From a virus: a stretch of DNA of 64,000 nucleotides. Below the pieces are notes generated by a model that saw only the letters and a program-made list of their open reading frames with translations, did no database searches and was not told the origin of the DNA. Position numbers and translations under genes: made by a program. Positions 1 through 9,606 of this stretch are shown here, piece after piece (position 1 is the first letter of the stretch; every line of letters starts with the position of its first letter). The DNA is taken from IMG/VR virus record IMGVR_UViG_3300036791_000797, positions 20,646 through 84,645 of that record; one strand, given 5' to 3'.

Positions 1-516
1 CTCAAGATCATGACCCCCAAGGCCAGGACGCCCCATGACATGGCCGAGTACTGGGTGGAGGACGCCTCACTCGGGACGGGTGGCTCCCTGGACGGGGTGC
101 TGGAGCCTGACAACCTGCCCATCGAGGTGGAGGAGGGTTTCGAGATCAAGACCATGGTCAACGCCAAGCTGCGGAAGTGCCCCAAGGCTCCGCCCATGTC
201 CAATGAGAAGGTCGAATGGTATCGAGATAGCTGCCCGGAGTACTATGCCCAGGTCATGGAGTATCTCAGGATGTCGGGTTACCAGCGTCATAGGATCCTG
301 ATCACCTCGGTGGAATACCCGTATCCGAAGGCGGAGTTATGCATTCCCTTCGACCGTGGTTACTCGTCTGCCATAGTCGAGAAGTACCGGCGGGTACGCC
401 AGGCCGTAGCCGAGGATCATCTCCCTGATCCCTGCTGTGGCTACTTCGACACCAAGGTCCAGCAGATGTGCCCGGCTCGCACCGTCTGCCCCATCGCCCT
501 GCGGATTGCCCGATGA
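1..516 (+). CDS. PD-(D/E)XK (Cas4/RecB-like) nuclease, 5'-truncated
   Basis: G.LDG..EIKT and Y.AQV..Y motifs, C-terminal Cys cluster; frame open from position 1. Confidence 0.7.
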   Translation, partial: LKIMTPKARTPHDMAEYWVEDASLGTGGSLDGVLEPDNLPIEVEEGFEIKTMVNAKLRKCPKAPPMSNEKVEWYRDSCPEYYAQVMEYLRMSGYQRHRILITSVEYPYPKAELCIPFDRGYSSAIVEKYRRVRQAVAEDHLPDPCCGYFDTKVQQMCPARTVCPIALRIAR

Positions 517-842
517 GATGGCGAGTCACGCTACGCGGTGAGGACGTGGAGCTACGCGGCTACGTCGATTGCTCGTTGCCAGAACTGGAACTGATGTCCG
601 AGCAGGTGAAGCCGCTGGGTCTGTTGATCGCCTCGCCTGCTGATGCCGATTACAACCCGTTCGGTCCAGATCCGATGACCAGGCAGGAGATCCTAGAACG
701 GATGGCTCTCCTGGTGGCCGGTCGTATGGCTTTGCATTGGCCGTTTCAATGCCCCATGTGCCCAGACCGGGCGCACATGGCTCTCGACATCGCGGAGTCG
801 ATTATGGCTGATCCAGTTCTGGCCCCGGTTTCGCATGACTGA
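513..842 (+). CDS. hypothetical protein
   Basis: ATGA overlap with upstream stop. Confidence 0.6.
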   Translation: MRWRVTLRGEDVELRGYVDCSLPELELMSEQVKPLGLLIASPADADYNPFGPDPMTRQEILERMALLVAGRMALHWPFQCPMCPDRAHMALDIAESIMADPVLAPVSHD

Positions 843-1452
843 CCTGTCCAAGTTCCGTATTGGGGAGCCTGATGGCTCACCGATGGTCCCGCTCAAGTTC
901 CTGGATATCCGCTACTGGGGCAAGATCATCGCCTTCGACCAGAGCCTGTCCAAGACCGGCTACGTGGTGCTTTCCAACCGGGGTAACACCTTCTCCACGC
1001 CGGAGTTCTGCTTTGAGACTACCGGTATGCTAACGGCCAAGGATGATCTTAAGGGCCATGAGAAGGCCCTTGATAGGGGCATGGACCTGTTCTGGGAGAT
1101 CCAGGATGTCTGCCGGGCGCACCGGCCTGACAGCGTCATCTTCGAGACCCCACCGGTCGGGGGCAAGATGTCCCGGCCCGAGTCCTCCTTGCTGGCGGCC
1201 CTGACCATCCGCCTGGCCGCCATCATCGAGAATCCCTTCGTCAAGCTGATCATGATGAGCCGCCAGAAGGCCGCCAAGCGCTGGACCGGCAATGCCAACG
1301 CCGACAAGAAGGTGGTACGAGCCGCCTTGGAAGCACTGATGGAGGCCCATAAGATCGAGCGGCCCACCGGCTACTGGAACGAGCATGTCTGTGACGCGCT
1401 CAGCCTGGGCCTGTTGTTCATGGAAGGAAGCAACGATGGCGAATCAGGGTAA
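835..1452 (+). CDS. ruvC: RuvC-like Holliday junction resolvase
   Basis: IIAFDQSLSKTG, IFE, TGNANADK, DAL motifs. Confidence 0.8.
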   Translation: MTDLSKFRIGEPDGSPMVPLKFLDIRYWGKIIAFDQSLSKTGYVVLSNRGNTFSTPEFCFETTGMLTAKDDLKGHEKALDRGMDLFWEIQDVCRAHRPDSVIFETPPVGGKMSRPESSLLAALTIRLAAIIENPFVKLIMMSRQKAAKRWTGNANADKKVVRAALEALMEAHKIERPTGYWNEHVCDALSLGLLFMEGSNDGESG

Positions 1453-2116
1453 GCCTCGTCAGAGCGGGCTCACCGCCGCCCAGGAGACCGCCATCGAGGC
1501 GGGCAAGGACGCTGACACCCCGCTGGACTCCGACATCGAACACACCCGCAAGTTCCGCACGCCGGGCTTCGCCCGCATGCGAACCGACTGGCGGCCCGAG
1601 GATGCCATCATCCTGACCAAGGCCAAGCTGGCCGCCGAGGATCGCCTGGTGTTGGAGTTCGCGGACGCCTATCGGGTCCTGGCCCACATCTACGACATCG
1701 TCCGCACCCCGCTCACGGTGGATGACCAGGTCCAGAAGGACCGCCACGGCTGGACCATGTGGGCCAAGGACGAGTACGGCAGCTTCATCGAGGACTGGTC
1801 CCTGCTCACCACCGACAAGCGCGACACCATCCTGTTCACCCTGGCCACCCGGCTCTATGACTGGGAGCAGAAGGCCGCCGACGCCTGGGGTGAGGCCATG
1901 TTCGCCAAGGGCCAGTGGGAGGAGCGCTTCAGCATTGGCTTCGACGCCCCCATGTCCGGTACCGTGCAGGATCGGGAGGCCACCGGGCGCATCTGGAGCG
2001 CCGACGAGCGTTACTTCGCCATCCAGATGACCTTCTACTCCCGGAAGGCTGATGCCCTGGTACGGACCATGACTCGTCTGGCCGATCGCCTGAAGGACAG
2101 CCTGTTGCATCGCTAG
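1436..2116 (+). CDS. hypothetical helical phage protein
   Basis: RBS GGAAGG, GC3-rich codons. Confidence 0.7.
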   Translation: MANQGKPRQSGLTAAQETAIEAGKDADTPLDSDIEHTRKFRTPGFARMRTDWRPEDAIILTKAKLAAEDRLVLEFADAYRVLAHIYDIVRTPLTVDDQVQKDRHGWTMWAKDEYGSFIEDWSLLTTDKRDTILFTLATRLYDWEQKAADAWGEAMFAKGQWEERFSIGFDAPMSGTVQDREATGRIWSADERYFAIQMTFYSRKADALVRTMTRLADRLKDSLLHR

Positions 2117-2263
2117 GCCTCATGGTCATCTCGACAGTGTGATTTCTTGCGCGGGTCGTTTGAATCTGCAAGGTTAGAGGCGACGGTGTTTTGGGACGCC
2201 GTGTCTCCGACTACAGGGGACCCCGATCGGATGGGCCAGAGAAGGGCAGTTCAGTGATCTGAG

Positions 2264-2644
2264 TTGGGTTCCCATGATGGTGAGGAACTGGATGGCTGGT
2301 CTGTCTCGACCCTGCGAGAGCTATTCCGCAACTTGCAAGCCTTCCGATCCTTTGTCGAGTCCGGTGGGGCAGAAGATCTCATCTGGCATGGCCATGAGTT
2401 CAACTACTGGGATCTCGAACGAATCTACAGATACTCACAGATAGCCCTGCCCAGACGACAATATCAGGCCATCTTTCTCTGTCTCTATGAGAATGTCCTG
2501 GAGAAGGATGCTGCTGAGATGATGGGCGTATCGCCCACTAACCCTGTTGCCATGTATGCGACTAAGGGACTTGAGAAGCTCCTGGATCACCTCCGTACCG
2601 GGAGGATTCCAAACGTCCGTATCGACTTTTATAATGCTGGATAA
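2264..2644 (+). CDS. sigma-70 region 4-like HTH protein (candidate phage transcription factor)
   Basis: LPRRQYQAIFL...EKDAAEMMGVS pattern. Confidence 0.65.
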   Translation: MGSHDGEELDGWSVSTLRELFRNLQAFRSFVESGGAEDLIWHGHEFNYWDLERIYRYSQIALPRRQYQAIFLCLYENVLEKDAAEMMGVSPTNPVAMYATKGLEKLLDHLRTGRIPNVRIDFYNAG

Positions 2645-2656
2645 GAGGTATGAGTA

Positions 2657-2977
2657 ATGTCCATGCATCATGGCACCAACCGCATATTGGAAGACGAGGC
2701 CGATCGCATCATCAAAGAGTCGTTGAAGGGGGTGACCCGCTATAGCGACAAGGCGGACATCCTCACCCCCTGGAAGCAGAAGAGCCGGGCCAAGCGGGAG
2801 ATCCTCACCTCCTCGGGGTTCCCTGAGTCCTCCCTGCGCCAGGGCATGTTCAACCGGCGGCACAACGCGGCGCGGCCGGACCTAAACTCCAGGGATGGCA
2901 TCGCTCAGGCCCGAGGTCGGGGCCTGGAGCGGCTGCAGACCTTCGTGCAGGAGTACGGGGCATCACTAGACGAATGA
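2657..2977 (+). CDS. hypothetical protein
   Basis: RBS GAGG, ATGA overlap downstream. Confidence 0.65.
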   Translation: MSMHHGTNRILEDEADRIIKESLKGVTRYSDKADILTPWKQKSRAKREILTSSGFPESSLRQGMFNRRHNAARPDLNSRDGIAQARGRGLERLQTFVQEYGASLDE

Positions 2978-3708
2978 CCGGCCCTCCTCCTCCGCAGACC
3001 TCGGTGATCTACCGGATCGGCGGCACCAACTACCCCATGCGGGTGGTTCGCAACTGCGACACCTGCCGCTCGATCCACCGTGCCGAGATCGAGAACCTCA
3101 TCATCATGGGCTACTCCTGGGGCACCATCGCGGACCACCTGCCCACCGACGCCGGGCTGTCCAAGGACCAGATCCGCCGCCACTTCGAGACCGGGCACAT
3201 GCCCCTGCCGGAGTCTCTACGCCGGGCCGTCATCGAGCGCCGGGCCAAGATGCTGCGCTTGTCCACCGCCGACAACGCCGCTCCCCTGGTCGATCAGTGG
3301 GTGGTGGTGCAGTCCATCATGCAGCGGGGCTTCGAGCGCATCGCCACCGGCCTGGCCGAGCCGGACGTGAAGGACACCCTGGCCGCGGCCAAGGAGCTAT
3401 CCGCCATCGAGGCCCGTGCCCAGGGGGAGCAGGCCCTGGACGAGGACGCGGTGATGGCTATCATCGAGGGCGCTCGCTCCTACATGAGCCAGGAAGACTG
3501 GATCAAGTTCATGTGGGATTTGCGCGAGAACCCAGCCATGGGCATGTATGGGACCGTAGAAGAGGTCCAGGAGAGCCGGGTCCCATTGGAGCGATCCGGT
3601 CACACTGGCTTGCCGCCGGTCGATGCCAAGGCTGATTACAATCAGACGCACATGGGCTCATCAACCGATGAGATCCCCCCGATATCTGACCATGCCGAGT
3701 CTCTGTAA
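2974..3708 (+). CDS. candidate terminase small subunit (CxxC plus HTH)
   Basis: CDTC..R.EIE..I, HTH-like segment; upstream of TerL. Confidence 0.45.
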   Translation: MTGPPPPQTSVIYRIGGTNYPMRVVRNCDTCRSIHRAEIENLIIMGYSWGTIADHLPTDAGLSKDQIRRHFETGHMPLPESLRRAVIERRAKMLRLSTADNAAPLVDQWVVVQSIMQRGFERIATGLAEPDVKDTLAAAKELSAIEARAQGEQALDEDAVMAIIEGARSYMSQEDWIKFMWDLRENPAMGMYGTVEEVQESRVPLERSGHTGLPPVDAKADYNQTHMGSSTDEIPPISDHAESL

Positions 3709-3731
3709 CACCTCACTGAGAGGAAAGTCCT

Positions 3732-4742
3732 ATGTTTGGTGTCCGTACATTGTCAGGGATAACCCTGGAGGAGATCGCTAGCCAGGTCGCTCCCCCCGAT
3801 TCCAAACTCGTTTGCACCACCGATGACATCAGGGTCAACTTCGGGGGTGCGGAACCTTCGGTGAGAATACGTGTAGGCCCGGAAGATCATCTGACCATTT
3901 CGGCCCTGGGGGCACGCAACGTCTTCTCCCAGTTCCTGAACATCCCCTATTCGTTCCTGGATCGTGTCAACGATTCCATGGCTGATTACATCGTCAATGG
4001 ACTGCTGGGTGAGGTCCATAACGAAGTCCGGGTCCGCCATTCAGAGCATGGCATCCATGACATCCTGGAGGCCCGTCTGGATCCCATCGAGCCGCTCTCG
4101 GTGATCGAGATCGCAGAGCGCATCGTGGGTGAGGAGGCTCAGATCCTGGAGTGGTGGATCAACCTCACCGACTTCCGCCTGGACGTGGTCTCCCCGGAGA
4201 CGGGCCTGACCGGCGGCGATCGCAAGCTGGGTGACATCTGCCATGGTGGCCTGCGTTACAGCCAGGATCTCCGCAAGCACATGATGCCCCAGGTGCAGAA
4301 GCTGGTCTATCGGCTGGTTTGCACCAACGGCATGGAGATCGCGGACGCGGCGGCCAAGATGGACGGCCGGGGAGCCTCGCACTCGGAGTTCCTGGACTCC
4401 TTCGAGATCATCTCCCGACGGCTCTACTCCGAGGTGGAGGCGGACATCCACCACTTCTACCAGCTACGCCAGGAGCCCCTCGGAGACGCCTCTCAGGCCG
4501 TCCTGCGGGTGGCCCAGGAGCAGAAGCTGCCCGAGCGGGTGGCCACCCACCTGGTCCGCCTGGTGCCGGACATGATCCCGGACGAGAACGCCTCTCAGTT
4601 CGACCTGGTCAACTTGTTCACCAATGCCGCCCTGGAACCCGGTGTACCGGCCGGGACCCGCCGTCGGCTGGAGTCCATCGGTGGCCATATCGTCATCGAG
4701 CAGAGCGCCCGTTGCACCAAGTGCGCGGCCAAGGTGGGTTGA
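3732..4742 (+). CDS. DUF932-like protein
   Basis: YRLVCTNGM signature. Confidence 0.65.
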   Translation: MFGVRTLSGITLEEIASQVAPPDSKLVCTTDDIRVNFGGAEPSVRIRVGPEDHLTISALGARNVFSQFLNIPYSFLDRVNDSMADYIVNGLLGEVHNEVRVRHSEHGIHDILEARLDPIEPLSVIEIAERIVGEEAQILEWWINLTDFRLDVVSPETGLTGGDRKLGDICHGGLRYSQDLRKHMMPQVQKLVYRLVCTNGMEIADAAAKMDGRGASHSEFLDSFEIISRRLYSEVEADIHHFYQLRQEPLGDASQAVLRVAQEQKLPERVATHLVRLVPDMIPDENASQFDLVNLFTNAALEPGVPAGTRRRLESIGGHIVIEQSARCTKCAAKVG

Positions 4743-4743
4743 C

Positions 4744-5100
4744 GTGCCTAATGAAGTTCTGCCGCAGATCGACCTGTACGACTCGGAGATAATCCAGGTC
4801 GAGAAGGTCCTCGAAAAGCTCAATGCGAAGCAGGGCAGTTATGTCCCGGTGGAGGCATTCCGCAAGGAGGCCATCGAACGTTTTGAGGAAATAGGGCTGG
4901 TCGTCAATGTCCAGGTGTACTCCTGCATGGATGAAGGAGGGAAGCCACTGGACGATGTCTATGCCTTCGATATCACCATCTCTGATCGCTGCGAACGGAA
5001 GCCCTTCGATTTCGATCGACAGCGTTTTGAGGTGATCAACGATGTCGCCGGTATCGAGCCCGACATGAAAGGTGTCACCTTTCCCGTACCGGATGCCTAA
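4744..5100 (+). CDS. hypothetical protein
   Basis: GTG just after upstream stop; TAATG overlap with terminase. Confidence 0.65.
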   Translation: MPNEVLPQIDLYDSEIIQVEKVLEKLNAKQGSYVPVEAFRKEAIERFEEIGLVVNVQVYSCMDEGGKPLDDVYAFDITISDRCERKPFDFDRQRFEVINDVAGIEPDMKGVTFPVPDA

Positions 5101-7148
5101 TGGCCAACGTTCTGTCGGCCCGGATGGCGCAACTGACCGAGGACGAGACGGGACTGTGGATCCCCGACATCATCGAGTTCACCCTCTCAGACGCCTTCCT
5201 GCATCGAAACCTGTATCCCCGCCAGGCCACCATGCTCAAGGTGGCCTTCCTGCAGGACGAGCTTTTCACCGACTACGACCTGGAGGTTATCGACGGCTGG
5301 ACCCGCTCCTTCCGCGAGACCGAGGAGAACGGCATCCAGCCCGACATCTTCGAGCGCATCCAGATCTGCAAGGCCGAGGGTCGCCCCTGGTTCCGAGAAT
5401 GGCTCAACATCATCGGCCGCCGGGGCTCCAAGGGCTACCTGGGCGGTATCGGGGCCGCCTACGTGCTGTGGCACTACCTGTGCAAAGGAGATCCCCAGGA
5501 GTACTACGGCATTGATCGCGACCGGCGGTTGTCCATGCTGGTTTTCGCCGGGAAGAAGGAGCAGGCCACCGTCAACCAGTGGCGCGATGTCACTGACATC
5601 ATCAAAGGCGGCAAGTGCTTTGCCCCCTATTTCTCCCGATCCCTGGGCGAGAGCCTGACCCTGCGCGCTCCCCATGACAACAAGCGCATCAACGCCCGCG
5701 AGGACCTCGGTATCTACGAGGACGGGGACATGGCCACGTTTATCATCCTGCCCAAGGAGTCCACGGCCATGGCCGCCCGAGGCCCGGCCGTGTTCGCCCT
5801 GCTCTTCGATGAGATGGCCCACGTCGTCCGCCAGGTGGCCAAGTCCGACGCCGCCGAGGTGTACCAGTCGGCCTCCCCGGCCCTCGACACCTTCGGAGTT
5901 GATGCCTGGATGTACGAGGCCTCCAGCCCCTGGGCCAAGACCGGCCAGTTCTACGACAACGCCGTGCAGGCCCTGGCCGTCTCCGATGGCACCGACGGGC
6001 TGGAGCCGGGCGAGATCGTCCGACCGGAGATGCTGCTGATCCAGTTGACCTCCTGGGATCCCTACATCGACTGGGAGCGCTCCGACCACATCCCCACCAT
6101 GGGCCGGGCTGAGTTCGAGCATCCCCGTCGTCGTCCCTCGGCTGGTCCTCCCCACTCCCGCGGCCATGGCTATTGCCTGCCTCAGCAGCGGCGCGCCCAG
6201 CAGGTCTACGACAAGCAGCTACAGCGCATCGAGGCCGCCAATCCCGAGACCTTCGCGGTGGAGCGGCGCAGCCATTGGGCCGCCGTCCTCGATGCGTACC
6301 TCAACGAGGATCGTGTGAAGGCCATCTGGCTGCCATGGCCAGAACAGAACCCCCTCAACCTGCACATGCGTGAAGAGGGCAAGCTGGCCGTCCTCTACAA
6401 GGCTCATGGGGACCCCTCGAAGTCGGGGGCGAACTTCGGCTTCGCAGTGGCCCATGTGGTCCGCTACGGCGAGGATGACTTTCCGCACGTCGTCTTCGAT
6501 TACATCACCCACTGGGAGCCAGCCAACTTCCCGGAGAACGAATACCAGATCGATTACGATTATATCGAGAAATCCATCCAGGGCTACATCGACGCTTTCA
6601 TGCCTACTGAGGTCACCTTCGACCAGGGTTATTCGAACTGGATGATATCCAGGTTGATGAAGTGGGTGAGAACCAGGAACTTCGCCAAGCGGGTCCAGGT
6701 CTTTGAGCGCACCGCCACCGCGCCCATGAACTGGACCATAGCCGAGACCTTCAAGACGGCTATAGGGCTGAGTCTGGTCCATGCTCCGTACTATCAGCAG
6801 GCCGAGGATGAGCTTGTCTTCCTGCAGAAAGTAGGCGAGAACAAAGTCGATCATCCGACGGCTGGTCCGGTGCAAACCAAGGACGTGGCCGACTGCATGA
6901 TGATCCTGGTGCATGCCCTGATTGGAAATGAGATTTCCGCCTTCGTGGGCGAGGCCTTTTCGTCCTTGCGGATGCGAGGGGGCGCGCAAGGTGGGCTGCC
7001 TACCCCGGCCGAACAGGCCGCGGAGGTATCAGCCGGTGACCCCATCAACGCCCTTCGCAACTGGGGTGGCCGCAACCGTCCCATGGGCAGTGGCTATTCG
7101 CCTGCTCGGGGTCGATTCAGCGGCACGGGGCGGCGCAGTAGAAGATGA
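5100..7148 (+). CDS. terL: terminase large subunit
   Basis: LYPRQ, GRRGSKG Walker A variant, LLFDEMAH Walker B, ASSPW coupling motif, nuclease domain HGDPS, FDQ, KDVAD. Confidence 0.9.
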   Translation: MANVLSARMAQLTEDETGLWIPDIIEFTLSDAFLHRNLYPRQATMLKVAFLQDELFTDYDLEVIDGWTRSFRETEENGIQPDIFERIQICKAEGRPWFREWLNIIGRRGSKGYLGGIGAAYVLWHYLCKGDPQEYYGIDRDRRLSMLVFAGKKEQATVNQWRDVTDIIKGGKCFAPYFSRSLGESLTLRAPHDNKRINAREDLGIYEDGDMATFIILPKESTAMAARGPAVFALLFDEMAHVVRQVAKSDAAEVYQSASPALDTFGVDAWMYEASSPWAKTGQFYDNAVQALAVSDGTDGLEPGEIVRPEMLLIQLTSWDPYIDWERSDHIPTMGRAEFEHPRRRPSAGPPHSRGHGYCLPQQRRAQQVYDKQLQRIEAANPETFAVERRSHWAAVLDAYLNEDRVKAIWLPWPEQNPLNLHMREEGKLAVLYKAHGDPSKSGANFGFAVAHVVRYGEDDFPHVVFDYITHWEPANFPENEYQIDYDYIEKSIQGYIDAFMPTEVTFDQGYSNWMISRLMKWVRTRNFAKRVQVFERTATAPMNWTIAETFKTAIGLSLVHAPYYQQAEDELVFLQKVGENKVDHPTAGPVQTKDVADCMMILVHALIGNEISAFVGEAFSSLRMRGGAQGGLPTPAEQAAEVSAGDPINALRNWGGRNRPMGSGYSPARGRFSGTGRRSRR

Positions 7149-7179
7149 TGTGGTCAGTGGGACGGTTGGTGGGTATGAT

Positions 7180-7333
7180 CTAGCCAATCCTGGTCACCAT
7201 TTCTGCAGTTTGATCTCAAGATCTTCAAAAGGCTGTGGGAACACAGGATGCGTGGTGGTCCTTGTGGGCCTTGTCGATCCCCCACCGATCCAGCCCGGTG
7301 GGGGCTCGACCGCGACTGAGCGGATTGGTCTAG
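7180..7333. ncRNA. putative structured RNA (multi-way junction)
   Basis: CTAGCCAATCC / GGATTGGTCTAG closing stem with three internal hairpins, intergenic. Confidence 0.4.
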
Positions 7334-7359
7334 CAAGCACACCTGGGTATGCTGACCCC

Positions 7360-7872
7360 ATGTCCTCAGTCGAGGCACCCTCGGAGAACTCCAGTCGCGA
7401 GCCTGTAGTTCAGAAGAAGTGTGCGTCCTGCCATCATCCCCTGAGCTTTCATGGCAACGGAGCGACCGGATGCAAGGCCATGGGCTGCCGGTGTGGGACC
7501 TGGAGCGAGGAGGACCCCTTCGGGGCGCGGGACCACTATGCCGCGGTAGTGACCTTGCTGAGAGCCTTAGAGGTGCCCTCCCGGCTGATGCAGCAGGGGG
7601 AGCGACCCCTGATCTACGTTGGGGGTTACGTCGAGCCCGATCTCTATGACCTGGCCGAGGCCGGTAGTGAAGCCCCAGGATTGCCCGGAGGCTGGCAGCC
7701 GCCCTTCGCCATCTGGGCCAACTACGACGGCCCCTGGAGCTATTCGGTGGTGGATCAAGAGGGTATGGTGACTGAGGCGGGCACCGATGTCATGCCCCAT
7801 GACACGGGGGCCGAGGAGGTGGCTCGCATCGTGGCCACCTGGACCTACCCCAACGAGGCCATGGAGTCTTGA
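7360..7872 (+). CDS. hypothetical protein with N-terminal Cys/His cluster
   Basis: -10 TATGCT 6 nt before ATG (leaderless). Confidence 0.65.
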   Translation: MSSVEAPSENSSREPVVQKKCASCHHPLSFHGNGATGCKAMGCRCGTWSEEDPFGARDHYAAVVTLLRALEVPSRLMQQGERPLIYVGGYVEPDLYDLAEAGSEAPGLPGGWQPPFAIWANYDGPWSYSVVDQEGMVTEAGTDVMPHDTGAEEVARIVATWTYPNEAMES

Positions 7873-8180
7873 TGACCAGCACCCCTGAGTATCCCGAAGC
7901 CACCGGAGCGGCCGAGCCCGTCCTCAACTGCATGGTCCCCGGTTGCACCCGCCCGGCCAGCACCCAGATGATCGTGGTGGCCGCCCCCGACGAGCATCAG
8001 CTACCGGTCTGCGACCTCCATCACCTGGAGCTATCCCAGCCGGGTCACCTGAAGGACCTACGGGAACTGGCCGGGATCAGCGAGCAGGTCCACCAGCCGG
8101 GTGACCAGTTCATCGCCCAGGCTCAGCCTGCTCAGCCGGGCACATCGACCGAGCCCGGCCCGGAGGTCGTCAAGCCCTAG
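7872..8180 (+). CDS. small Zn-binding hypothetical protein
   Basis: TGATG overlap; C..PGC and C..H. Confidence 0.6.
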   Translation: MTSTPEYPEATGAAEPVLNCMVPGCTRPASTQMIVVAAPDEHQLPVCDLHHLELSQPGHLKDLRELAGISEQVHQPGDQFIAQAQPAQPGTSTEPGPEVVKP

Positions 8181-8194
8181 CATTATAGGGATGC

Positions 8195-8229
8195 TTGACA
8201 ATCGATAGGCGGCTCGCTAGGGTGGCACC
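8195..8229 (+). promoter_or_regulatory. sigma-A-type leaderless promoter
   Basis: TTGACA-N17-TAGGGT-N6-ATG. Confidence 0.75.
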
Positions 8230-8466
8230 ATGGTGGGTGTCCTGCCGCTGGGTAACTCTGTGTGGCTGCTGGTGATCATTGGCGTCTTGATAGTCCTGGC
8301 TATGATCGTCATCGTTATGGCGACGACTTATCACATGCAAACACCGGTCCAAGCTGATGATAACTACGATGGCTACGATGATTGTGTGGATGGGGAATGG
8401 CATCAGCATGTGCGTGTCCTATCTCCTCCTGCCCCTTCCTTCTATGATTGGGAGAACGACGCTTGA
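8230..8466 (+). CDS. small membrane protein
   Basis: one N-terminal TM helix; directly behind promoter. Confidence 0.6.
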   Translation: MVGVLPLGNSVWLLVIIGVLIVLAMIVIVMATTYHMQTPVQADDNYDGYDDCVDGEWHQHVRVLSPPAPSFYDWENDA

Positions 8467-9023
8467 TCCTGGTGGACCGGGACATCAAACAGGCCCTGCT
8501 AACCGGTGAGATCGAGATCGAGCCCTACAACGAGGACCACCTTCAGGCGGCCTCCTACGACATCCGGCTGAACCCGACCATCCGCCGCCTGGACCCCCGC
8601 ATGGAGGCCCTGGACCCCGCCATCGAGCAGCCCTACACCTACCCTGAGACCGTCCCTCATCCCTTCGTGCTGCACCCCGGCGAGTTCATCCTGGCCTCCT
8701 CGGTGGAGCGCATCAAGCTCAACGGGCGCATGGTGGCTCAGCTATCGGGCAAGTCCTCCCTGGCCCGCCTGGGCCTGCAGATCGAGGCGGCCGGGTACTT
8801 CGACCCCGGCTGGAATGGCCAGGCCACCCTGGAACTGGCCAACATGACCCAGCGCCCCATTCGCCTCTACCCCTACATGAAGATCGCCCAGATGGTCTTC
8901 ATCATGGGCTCGGGCATGGCTGACCGGCCCTACGGCAGCCCCGAGCTTGGTTCCAAATACCAGAACCAAACAGGTCCCACGCCGTCGGCCATGTGGCGCG
9001 AGGAGCCCCCGAATGGATCATGA
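8463..9023 (+). CDS. dcd: dCTP deaminase
   Basis: ASYD, LHPGEFILA, GKSSLARLGL, FDPGWNG, KYQNQ. Confidence 0.92.
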   Translation: MILVDRDIKQALLTGEIEIEPYNEDHLQAASYDIRLNPTIRRLDPRMEALDPAIEQPYTYPETVPHPFVLHPGEFILASSVERIKLNGRMVAQLSGKSSLARLGLQIEAAGYFDPGWNGQATLELANMTQRPIRLYPYMKIAQMVFIMGSGMADRPYGSPELGSKYQNQTGPTPSAMWREEPPNGS

Positions 9024-9177
9024 CCTCGACTACTACGAGGCGGTGACCATCTACTGCCATAGCTGCGGTCAGGAGTGGCCCACCTCCTGGGATGAACTGA
9101 CCGAGACCCAGGACGCCCTCAAGGTCAGCCATGACTGCCCTGGCCCGCCTCCCCACCAGATCGTCACACCCTCCTGA
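9013..9177 (+). CDS. small hypothetical protein (CxxC)
   Basis: RBS GAGGAG. Confidence 0.5.
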   Translation: MDHDLDYYEAVTIYCHSCGQEWPTSWDELTETQDALKVSHDCPGPPPHQIVTPS

Positions 9178-9189
9178 GATGATCCCGCC

Positions 9190-9606
9190 ATGGCCCTGTA
9201 CCTGATCCACTTCGCCCAGCCCTACCAACACGCCAACCACTACCTGGGCTTCGTGGACACCGACCGACATCCCCTCCAGACCGCCCTGGAGTCCCGCATG
9301 GCCTACCACCGCGCCGGGCGGGGATCGAGGTTCCTGCGGGCCGTCAACGCCGCCGGGATCGACTGGGAGGTGGTCAGGGTCTGGGAGGAAGGCACCCGCA
9401 CCGACGAGCGCCGTCTCAAGAGTCATAGCTCCACCCGGCTGTGCCCCACCTGCAATCACCTGGGATGGCAAGCCTACGGCCGGTTGACTAACGTGATCTT
9501 GCCCTCTCAGGCTGGAGAGGCAGAAGGGCTGGAACCTGATGGAACTGTCCTCGAACGCGCGCCAGATCATGGATCTGCGTTACTCGCGCAAAGACGAGCA
9601 GGGTAA
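9190..9606 (+). CDS. GIY-YIG-like nuclease
   Basis: LYLIHF...HYLG...R...H..G.GS.F. Confidence 0.65.
   Translation: MALYLIHFAQPYQHANHYLGFVDTDRHPLQTALESRMAYHRAGRGSRFLRAVNAAGIDWEVVRVWEEGTRTDERRLKSHSSTRLCPTCNHLGWQAYGRLTNVILPSQAGEAEGLEPDGTVLERAPDHGSALLAQRRAG

Noticed and set aside
3720-3730. GAGGAAAGTCC, identical to the RNase P RNA conserved motif
   Set aside because: Lies in a 23-nt gap as the RBS of the 3732 gene; no room for the RNA and no 3' partner motif
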